64,000 bases of DNA, taken from contig CACOMO010000001.1 of NCBI GenBank assembly GCA_902628335.1, positions 45,313 through 109,312 of the forward strand, in the 5' to 3' direction. The translations under genes were made by a program, and so were the position numbers. Below the pieces are notes generated by a model. That model ran no database searches. It saw only the letters and a program-made list of their open reading frames with translations, and was not told the DNA's origin. Of the stretch, positions 10,220 to 20,066 are shown piece by piece. Position 1 is the first letter of the stretch; each line of letters begins with the position of its first letter. The stretch is from an uncultured Gammaproteobacteria bacterium. Its GTDB lineage: Bacteria > Pseudomonadota > Gammaproteobacteria > GCA-002705445 > GCA-002716945.

Positions 10220-11113
10220 ATGAAATCAAAGATAACAATTGACAACACATTTGCAGAAGCTTTCAATATGAAAGCATCTAGAATATTAGTGACAGCTGAT
10301 AATTTAAAATGGGCAAAACATGCTGCTATCTCATTAACCGGCTTTGCAACATCTGTTATTGCATGTGGAGTTGAAGCAGGGATTGAGTGTAAACTATCTA
10401 GAAAAATATCTCCAGATGGAAGGGATGGGTACTCTATTTTATTATTTTCAATGTCAAGGAGCGCTCTAGAGAAGCAACTAGAGACAAGAGTTGGACAATG
10501 TATACTCACTTGCCCTACAACTGCTGTTTTCTCAGGAATGGAGGGTGATGATATGATACCACTCGGAAAAAATTTGAGGTATTTTGGTGATGGTCATCAA
10601 ATTTCTAAAAAAATTGGTCAAAAAAGATTTTGGAGAGTACCGGTTATGGATGGAGAGTTCTTATGCGAAGAATCAACTGGACGAGTTCCAGCTATAGGTG
10701 GTGGGAATATAATTATACTAGCCCAAGATAGAGTATCGTGTCTTAAAGCATGCGAGACAGCAATAGAATCAATTGAAAATCAACCAAACGTCATTACACC
10801 ATTTCCAGGAGGTGTTGTAAGATCTGGTTCAAAAGTGGGGTCTAAATATAAATCTCTTATTGCCTCAACTAATGACGAATTCTGTCCAACATTAAGAAAT
10901 ATTGTTAAATCCAAACTTTCTAAAAATGTTGGGTGTGTTATGGAGATTGTAATAAATGGTCTTACAAGAGATGACATTGAAATTGCAATGCGTACAGCGA
11001 TAAAAGCTATTTCTAAAAATAAAATAAGCGCTAAGATAGTTGCTGTCTCTGCTGGTAACTATGGTGGTAAATTAGGTCAACATAAGTTTTATCTGAAGCG
11101 GATACTTAAATGA
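10220..11113 (+). CDS. fhcD: Formylmethanofuran:H4MPT formyltransferase
   Basis: 297 aa. Ftr-type N-terminus IDNTFAEAFNMKASRILVTA...TGFATSVIACGVEAGIE. Confidence 0.9.
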   Translation: MKSKITIDNTFAEAFNMKASRILVTADNLKWAKHAAISLTGFATSVIACGVEAGIECKLSRKISPDGRDGYSILLFSMSRSALEKQLETRVGQCILTCPTTAVFSGMEGDDMIPLGKNLRYFGDGHQISKKIGQKRFWRVPVMDGEFLCEESTGRVPAIGGGNIIILAQDRVSCLKACETAIESIENQPNVITPFPGGVVRSGSKVGSKYKSLIASTNDEFCPTLRNIVKSKLSKNVGCVMEIVINGLTRDDIEIAMRTAIKAISKNKISAKIVAVSAGNYGGKLGQHKFYLKRILK

Positions 11114-11904
11114 GTCATCTCACATTAAAACCAAAAATAAAATTCAAGTTTCGATTAGACCTTAATAGTATTTCATCATTTCAATCTATGAGTGTCAATA
11201 GAGTTAAAACTTTACCTTTAATGTATGGGAATAAAGAAGTGAGGTATAAAGATTTGTTCAAAATTACTGGTACTGATTCATTAAACATAGTAATAAAATC
11301 CTCGAATGAAATGATGGATAATGTTGGAAAAAATTTTATCAGAGGAAATCTATCTGTTCACGGAAATGTTGGCCATTGTTGTGGCTCGGAAATGAAAGGT
11401 GGCAAGATTACTATATTTGGTAATGCGCTTAATCGTGTTGCTTCAGGTATATCAGGCGGTATCTTGAGAGTTAATGGAAATTGTGGTGATTATCTGTGTG
11501 GTAAATCCAATCATAAGAATGAGGGTATTAACGATGGGTTGGTAATTATCACTGGCAATGCAGGTGATTATGCTATTCAGAGAATGAGAAGAGGTATTGT
11601 AATCGTGAAAGGCAATGTTGGAAAAAATTGTTGTACCGAAATAATATCGGGAACGGTAATTATAACAGGTCAATTAGGTAAAAATTTTGCTAACAAAATC
11701 AAAAGAGGTACTTTTATACTTAAGGAAAGTAAATTTACAAAGAATTACACAAAATCTAACGTGTGTGAATATAATTTCATGCCATTTCTAGTCAAACACC
11801 TCAACCAGCTATCTCAAGACAAGATATTATCACTTAAGAGCTTTCAAAGGTTCAATAGCCATAAAACAGCTAGTAACTTATCAGAGTTATTTCTTATAAG
11901 ATAA
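11110..11904 (+). CDS. fhcC: Formyltransferase/hydrolase complex subunit C (FwdC homologue)
   Basis: 264 aa. Repeated G-x-G beta-helix repeats (GNVGHCCGSEMKGGKITIFGNA, GNAGDYA, GNVGKN). 4-nt overlap with fhcD. Confidence 0.9.
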   Translation: MSHLTLKPKIKFKFRLDLNSISSFQSMSVNRVKTLPLMYGNKEVRYKDLFKITGTDSLNIVIKSSNEMMDNVGKNFIRGNLSVHGNVGHCCGSEMKGGKITIFGNALNRVASGISGGILRVNGNCGDYLCGKSNHKNEGINDGLVIITGNAGDYAIQRMRRGIVIVKGNVGKNCCTEIISGTVIITGQLGKNFANKIKRGTFILKESKFTKNYTKSNVCEYNFMPFLVKHLNQLSQDKILSLKSFQRFNSHKTASNLSELFLIR

Positions 11905-12420
11905 AGATTTCTCTTTATACTCTCTTATTTGAACCCTGAAAAATTCTTCCATTTCAGGTGAGGAGAAGTCACGCTTTCCTACTGCGCGATATAACATTTC
12001 TCCTTCTGGGCTAATTAAAAATGTTGTAGGTAGTCCTGGAACGCCCCAATCATATTCGAGATCCATATCAATAAATATTGGGAAAGTTACTGGGTTGAGA
12101 GATAAATAGTTATTTATAGCATCTGGTCCTGGACCTACATGAATACCAACTACTGTGAAATGGTCATTTTTTAGAGTGTTATGTATACTCTCAAGTGTTG
12201 GCATCTCTGCTTTACATGGTGTACACCATGTTGCCCAGAAATTCACCAAAGCAAATTTGCCTCTAAGTTCAGTTAAGGAATGCTCTTCTCCATCGAGTCC
12301 TGATAGAACAAAATCAGGTGCAGGTTTTTTATTTGGCATAGGGTCCATTAAATAAGGTGATGAGGATAGAGTTTGAGTCGGTAGAATCAACAAGAAAAGT
12401 AAAATTTTAAATAGTTTCAT
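11887..12420 (-). CDS. Periplasmic TlpA/ResA-like thiol:disulfide oxidoreductase
   Basis: 177 aa with a signal peptide and the thioredoxin motif WATWCTPCKAEMP. Last gene of the minus-strand run. Its 3' end overlaps the fhcC 3' end (convergent). Confidence 0.8.
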   Translation of the reverse strand: MKLFKILLFLLILPTQTLSSSPYLMDPMPNKKPAPDFVLSGLDGEEHSLTELRGKFALVNFWATWCTPCKAEMPTLESIHNTLKNDHFTVVGIHVGPGPDAINNYLSLNPVTFPIFIDMDLEYDWGVPGLPTTFLISPEGEMLYRAVGKRDFSSPEMEEFFRVQIREYKEKSLSYKK

Positions 12421-12430
12421 TTCTTATTCC

Positions 12431-14434
12431 TTAGTATCTTGGTTTGTTTTCATGAAACCAGTTTGGGTCGTTTAACGAGATCTCCCCAATCGGAGCTGCC
12501 TTTGCATCTAGAATGAGCTCATCTACATTTGAGCCAGTGAGAGTTTTTAGGAACTCAACTAAATAACCTATTTCTTTCTCACTTAGGTTAAGAGGGAACA
12601 TAAGAGGGCTTAGTACTTCATTTTTTACGCCTCCTTTATTATAGAACTCTACAACCTCTCTAAGCGTTGAAAGAGCTCCGTTATGCATATATGGAGCTGT
12701 AATTGCAACATTCCTGAGGGGTGGGGTTCTGAATTTCCACCTATCATTCGGATCCTGCGTTATAGTATATAGACCAAGGTCATTTGGTGCAATTTCATCT
12801 CTAAATCTAGAATCATCTTTATAACTCGATGTATCAACATCTATCTCTACTCCTGGTGCGAGGATAAGCTTTTTAACAGGAGGTTCAACATACATGGATG
12901 CTTCATAGCCAATACCAGTATTGTGAAGTTTCTCATCTGTAAATAATGCAAATTCATCATTAATTATATGACAGCTTACACAAGCGCCTTTGCCTGTGAA
13001 AATTTCAAAGCCCTTCTGAGCCTCATAAGAAATAGCATTTTTCTCCTTACCATAGTACCACCTATCAAAAGCAGAATTTGCGCTTAATAAGCTATACTGA
13101 TAAGCTGCAAAAGCTCGGCTTATATTATCCATATTAGGTGGTGAGCCGTAAGCTTTTTCAAATTGATTATTATAATCAGGTATGGCTTTAATTTTATTTA
13201 TCAGATAACCAGGTGACGGAATTGCCATCTCATCATGATTAAGTATTGGACCCCAAACTTGATCCTCTAAGCTAGATTCTCTTCCATCATGAAAGAATCG
13301 TGCAAGAAGACCTACATTTAAAACTGTAGGTGCATTTCTTGGCACTGATCTGCCTTCTGTTCCAACTGCAGTTCTTAATTCGTTGTGAGCAAAACCCATT
13401 TCTGGTACATGACATATAGCGCATGAAATTGTATCTGTGTGTGATAGTCTTCGATCGAAGAACATTTTTCTACCAAGGGCTATTTTCTCTTTTGTTAAGG
13501 CGGTGCCTTCTGGGGTTTTCAGTTTTGGTAAGCCAAGATGTTTTTCTGTCGCAATGGCTAAGAGATCTGTGGCTTTGCCAACTCTTTCAAGAGATTGAGC
13601 TTGGGTTGTATAATCCTTGCTGGTGTAACCCTCTTTGTAATCACCGGGTTTTGCTAGTGATGCTCCAGATGCCATTAAAATTGATTGTAAAGAATTAGAA
13701 AATGACTCATCAGACGCAACTAGGATAGGTTCTAATGATGATGATTCAATAGTACCGTTTCTTGTTCTAGGATCTACCAATGTTTTTATATCGTTGATAA
13801 GAACATCTGAATGAAGGTAAGATACACTGTATATATTCCTAACGGTCTTATTTTTGTCTATTAAGAAAACTCTTAATATATGTGATATTGATCCTATGTA
13901 GTTCCCTTCTTCATCATACTCCTTGAGAATTCTCTGACCGTAGCCGTCAAGTATTGGGTTTAAATCTTCAAAAGATGAAGTTGTTAAAAAATTCCAATCT
14001 ACAACGCCTTTGTCAGTTCCGAAACCATAAAGTTTCATTACCTCAGGTGAGTCGTTTTCAGGATCAAAACTCATACTTATAAGGCTAACTTGTTTACCGA
14101 GCTTAGGATCCTTATTTAGCAAGTTCCTAACTTTATGAAAAACAGCAGTAGCTAAAGGGCAACCATTGACATCTGTGCAGGTAGTATACATAAAATTAAG
14201 TAATACAATTTTGTCATCAAACAAATCATGTAATTGTTTTTTATTACCTAGTGAATCTAGGATATTGCCATTAGAAGCAAGATTATATTTTTCTAACGTA
14301 TAAGTGCCTGGCTCAGGAGCTTCAAAATTTAATTGATTATAACCTGGGGCAATTGAATACTCTGTCCTCTGTGCAAAACTTATTGCACAAAACATTACAA
14401 AAAATAGTGATAAATATAGTTTGATTCTCTCCAT
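12431..14434 (-). CDS. SCO1/SenC-like domain fused to a MauG/di-haem cytochrome c peroxidase domain
   Basis: 667 aa with a signal peptide. The N-terminal half is thioredoxin-fold SCO-like (FMYTTCTDVNGCP). The C-terminal half carries two CxxCH haem motifs (CAICH, CVSCH) plus the CCP/MauG strings FHDGRESSLEDQ and FRTPPLRNVAITAPYMHNG. This fusion is the known neighbour of mtoX. Confidence 0.85.
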   Translation of the reverse strand: MERIKLYLSLFFVMFCAISFAQRTEYSIAPGYNQLNFEAPEPGTYTLEKYNLASNGNILDSLGNKKQLHDLFDDKIVLLNFMYTTCTDVNGCPLATAVFHKVRNLLNKDPKLGKQVSLISMSFDPENDSPEVMKLYGFGTDKGVVDWNFLTTSSFEDLNPILDGYGQRILKEYDEEGNYIGSISHILRVFLIDKNKTVRNIYSVSYLHSDVLINDIKTLVDPRTRNGTIESSSLEPILVASDESFSNSLQSILMASGASLAKPGDYKEGYTSKDYTTQAQSLERVGKATDLLAIATEKHLGLPKLKTPEGTALTKEKIALGRKMFFDRRLSHTDTISCAICHVPEMGFAHNELRTAVGTEGRSVPRNAPTVLNVGLLARFFHDGRESSLEDQVWGPILNHDEMAIPSPGYLINKIKAIPDYNNQFEKAYGSPPNMDNISRAFAAYQYSLLSANSAFDRWYYGKEKNAISYEAQKGFEIFTGKGACVSCHIINDEFALFTDEKLHNTGIGYEASMYVEPPVKKLILAPGVEIDVDTSSYKDDSRFRDEIAPNDLGLYTITQDPNDRWKFRTPPLRNVAITAPYMHNGALSTLREVVEFYNKGGVKNEVLSPLMFPLNLSEKEIGYLVEFLKTLTGSNVDELILDAKAAPIGEISLNDPNWFHENKPRY

Positions 14435-14477
14435 TTGGTCTATCTACCTTACATAACAATTTTAAATGTTTTGTTAG

Positions 14478-14512
14478 AAAAAAGAAAGGCCGCTTATCAA
14501 AGATAAGCGGCC
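14478..14512 (-). terminator. Rho-independent terminator downstream of mtoX
   Basis: Perfect 11-bp stem GGCCGCTTATC/GATAAGCGGCC with a 3-nt loop (14488-14512). On the minus strand it is followed by TTTCTTTTTT. Confidence 0.75.
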
Positions 14513-14577
14513 CTACGTCTACAGCCATTTTACGTTATTTACCACCAATGAGGGTGTCTAATAACTATGACCAAATT

Positions 14578-15942
14578 TTACTGACTAAGTTCAGCCAAAT
14601 TTTTATTACTTGGTGTTTTTGCATATAAAGAATATGCGCCAAATCTCATTTGATGAGGCAAACCAAGCTTTTCTTTCAAGAAATCTATTTCAAATTTCTT
14701 AGAAAGTTTACCATTAGCATAATCATATGCTTTGAAGTATTGAGGCATTTTATCTGGTCCGTCAGCTTTATCCCAGTTGGCTAGAAGAGAAGACGTGAAA
14801 TATACACGTTTTCCGTCCCAACTTTGAGAAAGCATATTGATCTGATCACCAATTCTCTCAGTATAAACTTCTTTCGCATTATGTGGATCTGAGATGTCAA
14901 AAACTCTAGTCATGCCATCATTCCATGTATTTACCCAGAGGTGTTTATCATCTGCAGTTATCGAAATATCTACAGGTAAAGGAATTTTAGCAGGATCACC
15001 TATTGTTCCAACAGACTTAGCATTCCACTCATTATCTTTCTCGTAAATGAGCCAGATTTGTGATGTCAATGCAGTTGTTGTAAAACAGTAGTTGTTCTGA
15101 GAACCCCACGCGCATCTAATTTCTAGAGGTGCACCTGGTACATCAAAGATTTTTTTAGGTTTACGTGAATGTAAATCCCAAACAACAACAGTGTTACCGA
15201 ATCTCTTCATCGCTTCACTATCGCCCATTAATTTACCTAAGTTCATCATGTAATTATTCCAACCAGTAAAGGATGAAGTGATCATTACATTTCTTCTTGG
15301 TAATGCACGAACATCGTAACCATAACCATCAGCAAGCTGCCCAGTTTTAACAGCACCTCTAAGGTTACCGTCTACAGGCATATCATGCGTAGCTACGTAC
15401 GTACCATCGTTTGTGTATTCAACTAATGCTGTTCTACCACCAAAATCTTGGTTGTTTGATAATCCTGAGATCATCATTCTTCCAGGTAGTGCATATGTTG
15501 TATGAGGTCCAACTATACCGCCACTTGCTTTAACAAAGTCAGTGATGACTTTATGAAGCTTTGGTTTTTGTGGGTTAGTGTGGACATCAAATATAAAGAT
15601 TTTACTTGTATCTAAAGTTGCTGCCCATAGATAATGCCTATCATCTGTAAACCCAGAGTGATGAGCCTCATTACGACCACCAACAGATATGTGACCAATT
15701 ACATTGCCATAGTGAGGTGATGATGGATTGACAGCAATAGTTACTAATTTATCCTGTTCATCTCCAACACCCACTTGACCAAGTGTCCATACATAAACGT
15801 AATCCTCTTGGCCAACGATCTTAGCCATGTATGGTGACATGCAAGTCTCATCTGAGAATACATGTGTTGGTACAAGTACTAAAGCAAGAAAGCTTGACAT
15901 CAACATACCGTATACGGTTGACATAAGTCTTCTTATTTTCAT
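14578..15942 (-). CDS. mtoX: Methanethiol oxidase, selenium-binding protein (SBP56) family, periplasmic
   Basis: 454 aa. N-terminal signal with an RR (MKIRRLMS...). SBP56 hallmark strings NEAHHSGF, KPKLHKVITDF, RRNVMITS, PLEIRCAW, FDISDPHNAKEV and DGKRVYFTSSLLANWDK. AGGAG Shine-Dalgarno 9 nt upstream. Confidence 0.9.
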   Translation of the reverse strand: MKIRRLMSTVYGMLMSSFLALVLVPTHVFSDETCMSPYMAKIVGQEDYVYVWTLGQVGVGDEQDKLVTIAVNPSSPHYGNVIGHISVGGRNEAHHSGFTDDRHYLWAATLDTSKIFIFDVHTNPQKPKLHKVITDFVKASGGIVGPHTTYALPGRMMISGLSNNQDFGGRTALVEYTNDGTYVATHDMPVDGNLRGAVKTGQLADGYGYDVRALPRRNVMITSSFTGWNNYMMNLGKLMGDSEAMKRFGNTVVVWDLHSRKPKKIFDVPGAPLEIRCAWGSQNNYCFTTTALTSQIWLIYEKDNEWNAKSVGTIGDPAKIPLPVDISITADDKHLWVNTWNDGMTRVFDISDPHNAKEVYTERIGDQINMLSQSWDGKRVYFTSSLLANWDKADGPDKMPQYFKAYDYANGKLSKKFEIDFLKEKLGLPHQMRFGAYSLYAKTPSNKNLAELSQ

Positions 15943-15986
15943 ATTTGTGCGCTCCTATATAATTATATAATTTTCGCTTTAATTAA

Positions 15987-16010
15987 GAGGGCCATCTTTC
16001 AATGACCCTC
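15987..16010 (-). terminator. Possible hairpin terminator after the porin gene
   Basis: 9-bp stem (one G-U pair), GAGGGCCAT/ATGACCCTC, 36 nt downstream of the porin stop. The trailing U-tract is weak. Confidence 0.35.
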
Positions 16011-16045
16011 TATCCGTCTTAATAGTATATATCTCTTCCGTTAAC

Positions 16046-17545
16046 TTAGAAAGTCCAAGTTAATGCTCCACCTAGGTGAAAAGAAGAAACCGTAGCTTTT
16101 GAATGGTCAGCTGCTGCACAACCAGCATCAGCTAAACCGCCAGCAAGAGCTGTACCTCTAACCGCTGCGTTTCCGCCAGCATAGCTAGATGTTACACCTG
16201 CTTGACCAGCACCGAAGCATTTGTCCTCTTCGAGTTGGAAAGCCACGTGTGTATCAAGTGTTAGCATTGGTGCTAAGAATCCATCGATTCCAAGACCTGC
16301 AGATATACGATGTTTGTAGATAACTGGTGTTTCCATAGCTTGGAAATAAGACATAAATAAAGGATACATAGCAGATGTATATGTGCTACCACCTTCGTTT
16401 ACACCACCAATTGTTTTAATTTGAACACCGTCTTGAACACTCGCTCTCAATGGATCATCAGCATATCCATAACCTAGTCTAAATTTCATAGGTCCTTGAG
16501 TAAGCTGTAAACCAACAGAGTAGACTTCTTGGTCTTCATAAAACTCATTAAAGAATCGAGCATCGCTCCATGCTTTATGAGTAAAGTCACCCATCACTAA
16601 GAGATTTCCATTCATCAATCCATCAAAAGCAAATCCAAGACCAATATTCATCGGTTGTTCTACTCTTACGTCTTGACGACATACGCTACCGCTAGTTTGG
16701 TTACACTTAATTTCTGGTTGAAACTGAACGATACCTGATCCAGCACCTAATCCAGCCGAACCATGGTTACTAGTTACATGCAAATTATCATACTCGTGTG
16801 GTTGTTCTGTTTGAACGTAAGCGCCAACTGTCAAGTTAGAGTTTACTTTAGCACGTCCACCAAGAGTTGCACGAAAGCCAATGTCATGTGTCATGCCACC
16901 TGAACCTGTCAAACCAGCTTCAAGCATTGCATAGGTAATTGTCGCAGATACACCAACATCAACGTTAGGAGTCATTGACATACCGATACCGGCATTAACA
17001 CCTAAGTTAATTAGCTCTGCTGCTGCGCCTAATGTGTTTGAATTATGTTTATAATCAACACCGATACCAGATGTAGCTGATACACCTACACCAAGAACTA
17101 CTGGTATACCAAGACCAGTTAAGTCTTGAGTTACCGCAATAGTTGGCACAGCATAAACATCAGCTTTAGATGTAGCATCGAAGTGATAGTATCTTGCACC
17201 AGGTTTACCTGTTGCTCCAGCTGTAATTCTAACTAGGGATGTTGCTTCACCTACCGCATAACCCGCAGATCCATCATGAATCATACGCGCGCGCGGCATG
17301 TAGAATGTTGCACCAAACATAAAGTTAGTACCACCGTAGTAAGTTGTCAATGTTGCTGGATTACCAAAAACAGCGGATACTGGATCTTCTACATGCGCAA
17401 TACTAGTACCAGCCATTGAAGCTGATGCGCCATGAAACACATTATGAAGATCGAACCCATGTGGTCCAGCAACGGCCGCACCAGAACCTAGCGATAAGGC
17501 TGTACCTACCGCAGCTCCGAGCTTCCAATTACTATTTGTTTTCAT
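16046..17545 (-). CDS. Outer-membrane transport protein of the OMPP1/FadL/TodX (XylN-like) family for hydrophobic or volatile substrates
   Basis: 499 aa with a signal peptide ending AVAGP. N-terminal AGTSIAHVEDPVSAVFGNPATL matches the FadL-family NPA motif. Gly/Ala/Thr-rich beta-strand pattern and a C-terminal aromatic (LTWTF). About 45-48% G+C in sampled lines. Confidence 0.7.
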   Translation of the reverse strand: MKTNSNWKLGAAVGTALSLGSGAAVAGPHGFDLHNVFHGASASMAGTSIAHVEDPVSAVFGNPATLTTYYGGTNFMFGATFYMPRARMIHDGSAGYAVGEATSLVRITAGATGKPGARYYHFDATSKADVYAVPTIAVTQDLTGLGIPVVLGVGVSATSGIGVDYKHNSNTLGAAAELINLGVNAGIGMSMTPNVDVGVSATITYAMLEAGLTGSGGMTHDIGFRATLGGRAKVNSNLTVGAYVQTEQPHEYDNLHVTSNHGSAGLGAGSGIVQFQPEIKCNQTSGSVCRQDVRVEQPMNIGLGFAFDGLMNGNLLVMGDFTHKAWSDARFFNEFYEDQEVYSVGLQLTQGPMKFRLGYGYADDPLRASVQDGVQIKTIGGVNEGGSTYTSAMYPLFMSYFQAMETPVIYKHRISAGLGIDGFLAPMLTLDTHVAFQLEEDKCFGAGQAGVTSSYAGGNAAVRGTALAGGLADAGCAAADHSKATVSSFHLGGALTWTF

Positions 17546-17732
17546 ATTTTTTCCTCATTATATATATATAATAAATAACGTCTTAAAATTTTGGGTGAAT
17601 TACTTCTTGTAATCAAATGTGAATTTAACCCCCAATTGTCCTTCCTATAAGACTGTTTTTTATTGTTGTTTTTACTACAGATCTCTCTGTAGTATTTAAC
17701 TTGATGACTCAAAGTCAACAAGTCAAATCCAT

Positions 17733-18005
17733 TTACCCCTCATCTCCTGGTCCGTAGACTCCATCTTCAAACCATTCCCATGGACGGTTACCTGCAACTT
17801 TGATGAACAAATACACGCTAATCATATTTGCAACAATGAGCAAGAATCCAATTAGCAACGCAATTGGCCAACCAGCTAATCCTGGCATTGAACCTGGTGC
17901 GAAATGCCATGTTGGGAACATGCCGCTGAAGAAGTAGTAACAGGCTACCCAGAATGCCACGACAACATATGTGCCTTGAGCAGTTTTCCCGAATAGAAAT
18001 CCCAT
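17733..18005 (-). CDS. Small two-TM membrane protein of unknown function
   Basis: 90 aa with two hydrophobic segments and a Trp-rich acidic tail (RPWEWFEDGVYGPGDEG). Strong AGGAGA Shine-Dalgarno 6 nt upstream. I recognise no family. Confidence 0.55.
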   Translation of the reverse strand: MGFLFGKTAQGTYVVVAFWVACYYFFSGMFPTWHFAPGSMPGLAGWPIALLIGFLLIVANMISVYLFIKVAGNRPWEWFEDGVYGPGDEG

Positions 18006-18139
18006 ATTAATATCTCCTCTGTATAAGCATTTAATGATATAATAATACTTAATATATCTCTTTAACGTTCTTTAAAACTAACACAATTACAGGGTTTGTA
18101 AACATATTTTTGCAGTTTTATGAGGAGTTCTGTGAGCGC

Positions 18140-19228
18140 TTATAAATCCCTAGAATCAGTGAATTTATCATAGAAAATTTCATCACTTTTTATTCCATGT
18201 TTTTCTAGAACAACACAAGCAGCATCTATCATAGGGGGTGGCCCACAAAGATAACCTTGCCAGTCAGAGACATCTAAATTATCTTTTTTTATTATTTCAT
18301 TTTCAAAATAGTCTGTGACTAATCCACGACCACCTTTCCAATCACTATCCTCCGGTTCCATGTTTAGGACAGGGATAAAATCAAATTTATAATCTTTATT
18401 CCATTTATCTTTGAGTTCTTTTATTTCCTTAACACAATATAAATCCTCTTGTGTTCTTGCTCCGAAAAGAAAAACAACATCTCTCTTAACTTGGTCAAGA
18501 ACTCCACCTTCCAGTAGAGCTTTTATGGGTGCTAAGCCACTTCCACCAGCAATGCAAACAATTGGTGATTGTTTTTCTCGAAGGTAAAATGATCCAAATG
18601 GACCATTAACAGTTACTTGTTGACTCATATCTCTGTTGCTACCAAATAACCACTCAGTAAATTTTCCACCAGGAACCTTTCGTATAAAAAATGTAAACTC
18701 ATTTGGTTTTTCATTTTTTGGTGCTGCTGCATAAGAGTATGAACGAGGTCTGTCTAGACCATCTATTGAGAGTTCAGCCCACATACCAGGTAGACCTGCG
18801 TGCTCTACGTTTTGATCTGTTTGTAATACTACTCTCATAATGTCAGAAGTTAACATTTCAGTTTCGCTAATTAATGCGTTGTTTTTGATAGCAGGTACAC
18901 GAACAAGATCACCAAGATCAACTTCTATCTCACAATCCATTACAGGGCGTGCTTGACAGGCGAGAAAGTAACCATCATCAATCTCCTCTTTTGTAAGTAC
19001 TTGTGAATAATCAGATGTAGGTTTAATTTTTCCTTTTAATACTTTTCCCATACACGATGAACAGCTACCAAATTTACAATCATGTGGCCAGTCAAGTCCT
19101 TGCTCAAGAGCGGCATTTAATATCGATTGGTTACTTTTGACAAAAACCTTCTTATTAGAGGGAAGGAGTGTCATAGTTCCATCCTTGGGTTTATTACCAA
19201 AAAACCATAAATACTTATAAATGTTCAT
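18140..19228 (-). CDS. NAD(P)H:ferredoxin reductase with an N-terminal plant-type 2Fe-2S domain and a C-terminal FNR-like FAD/NAD domain (XylA-type electron-transfer component)
   Basis: C-x4-C-x2-C...C motif (CKFGSCSSC ... LACQ), FAD motif RSYSYA and NAD motif IAGGSGLAPI. The likely true start is Met19 (19174), which has AAGGA 7 nt upstream. The first 18 codons look non-coding. Confidence 0.85.
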   Translation of the reverse strand: MNIYKYLWFFGNKPKDGTMTLLPSNKKVFVKSNQSILNAALEQGLDWPHDCKFGSCSSCMGKVLKGKIKPTSDYSQVLTKEEIDDGYFLACQARPVMDCEIEVDLGDLVRVPAIKNNALISETEMLTSDIMRVVLQTDQNVEHAGLPGMWAELSIDGLDRPRSYSYAAAPKNEKPNEFTFFIRKVPGGKFTEWLFGSNRDMSQQVTVNGPFGSFYLREKQSPIVCIAGGSGLAPIKALLEGGVLDQVKRDVVFLFGARTQEDLYCVKEIKELKDKWNKDYKFDFIPVLNMEPEDSDWKGGRGLVTDYFENEIIKKDNLDVSDWQGYLCGPPPMIDAACVVLEKHGIKSDEIFYDKFTDSRDL

Positions 19229-19309
19229 CCTATAAAACCTTTCTTATTACTAATAAATTCTAAATCAAAGTAATCGTATTTACACGGAAATTATAATAAC
19301 ACCATGTAC

Positions 19310-19340
19310 AAAAAAAGAAACCCCAATTAAAATTGGGGTT
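19310..19340 (-). terminator. Rho-independent terminator downstream of the GST-like gene
   Basis: AACCCCAATT/AATTGGGGTT hairpin, followed on the minus strand by TCTTTTTTT. Confidence 0.75.
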
Positions 19341-19367
19341 CCTAATTGATGTTATATCAAATACTAC

Positions 19368-20018
19368 TTAAGCAGTATTGATACGAACTTCCCTGATTGT
19401 GCCTGCGTCAGCATCAGCTTTAGTAGACATACAGCCGTAAGGACTTATACTCTCCTTACTTGTAGATGGATGTGATTGCACAGAACTGAACCAAGCATTC
19501 ACCTTGGCTCTTGAACTTACTGCATCTCCTTTCCCCATATTTGTTGCTACTTGACAAACACCGGCCCACGCGCAATCTGCTAGCGTGTATTGACCACATA
19601 CATAATCCCCTCTCATATTGCCGAGTGACGATCCTAGTGTTTCTTCAAGTTGATCAAGTGATGCGGCTAGGCTTGCATCATCACTAACGTCACAAGCTTG
19701 TGCAACTGTAATTTCGCGCCACATGCGTGCACGAGTTACACCATTTCTGTGAACAAGTGATGGACCAAAGCCTTTGTCATCAATGTACGACATACATGCA
19801 ACTAGACCGTAATTTATACAATCACGATCTTTAAGAATAGGTCCTATTCCTAGTGGCGACATACTGCGTATTGAGCCTGATGGCCCCCAATCTGTCTCCG
19901 CATGACAATTCAAGTCAACACCTTTTTCACCGGCAGCTAATAGCACAGCGTTAGTGTGTGGACAGGCAGGACTACCATATAAGTCTTGTACGTCTCTTAG
20001 GTGATCTCCTATTGGCAT
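19368..20018 (-). CDS. Glutathione S-transferase-family protein with an N-terminal Cys-type site
   Basis: 216 aa. GST N-domain pattern (LYGSPACPHTNAVLLAAGEKGVD, SPLGIGPILKD) and C-domain pattern (GDYVCGQYTLADCAWA). About 47% G+C in a sampled line. GGGGG Shine-Dalgarno upstream. Confidence 0.6.
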   Translation of the reverse strand: MPIGDHLRDVQDLYGSPACPHTNAVLLAAGEKGVDLNCHAETDWGPSGSIRSMSPLGIGPILKDRDCINYGLVACMSYIDDKGFGPSLVHRNGVTRARMWREITVAQACDVSDDASLAASLDQLEETLGSSLGNMRGDYVCGQYTLADCAWAGVCQVATNMGKGDAVSSRAKVNAWFSSVQSHPSTSKESISPYGCMSTKADADAGTIREVRINTA

Positions 20019-20066
20019 AATATTACCCCCTATTATGTTTTTTTGTTTATAACTTAGCTAAGCTAG

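Noticed and set aside
17673-17694. 8-bp hairpin TACTACAG/CTGTAGTA downstream of the small membrane gene, considered as a terminator
   Set aside because: On the transcribed (minus) strand it is followed by an A-run, not a U-run, so it does not fit an intrinsic terminator. It might be a 5'-UTR stability element for the porin mRNA, but I have no support for that.
17706-17726. GACTcaaAGTC palindrome and AGTCAA direct repeat downstream of the small membrane gene, considered as a regulatory site
   Set aside because: The elements are short and low in information content for AT-rich DNA, and nothing in the context supports a function.
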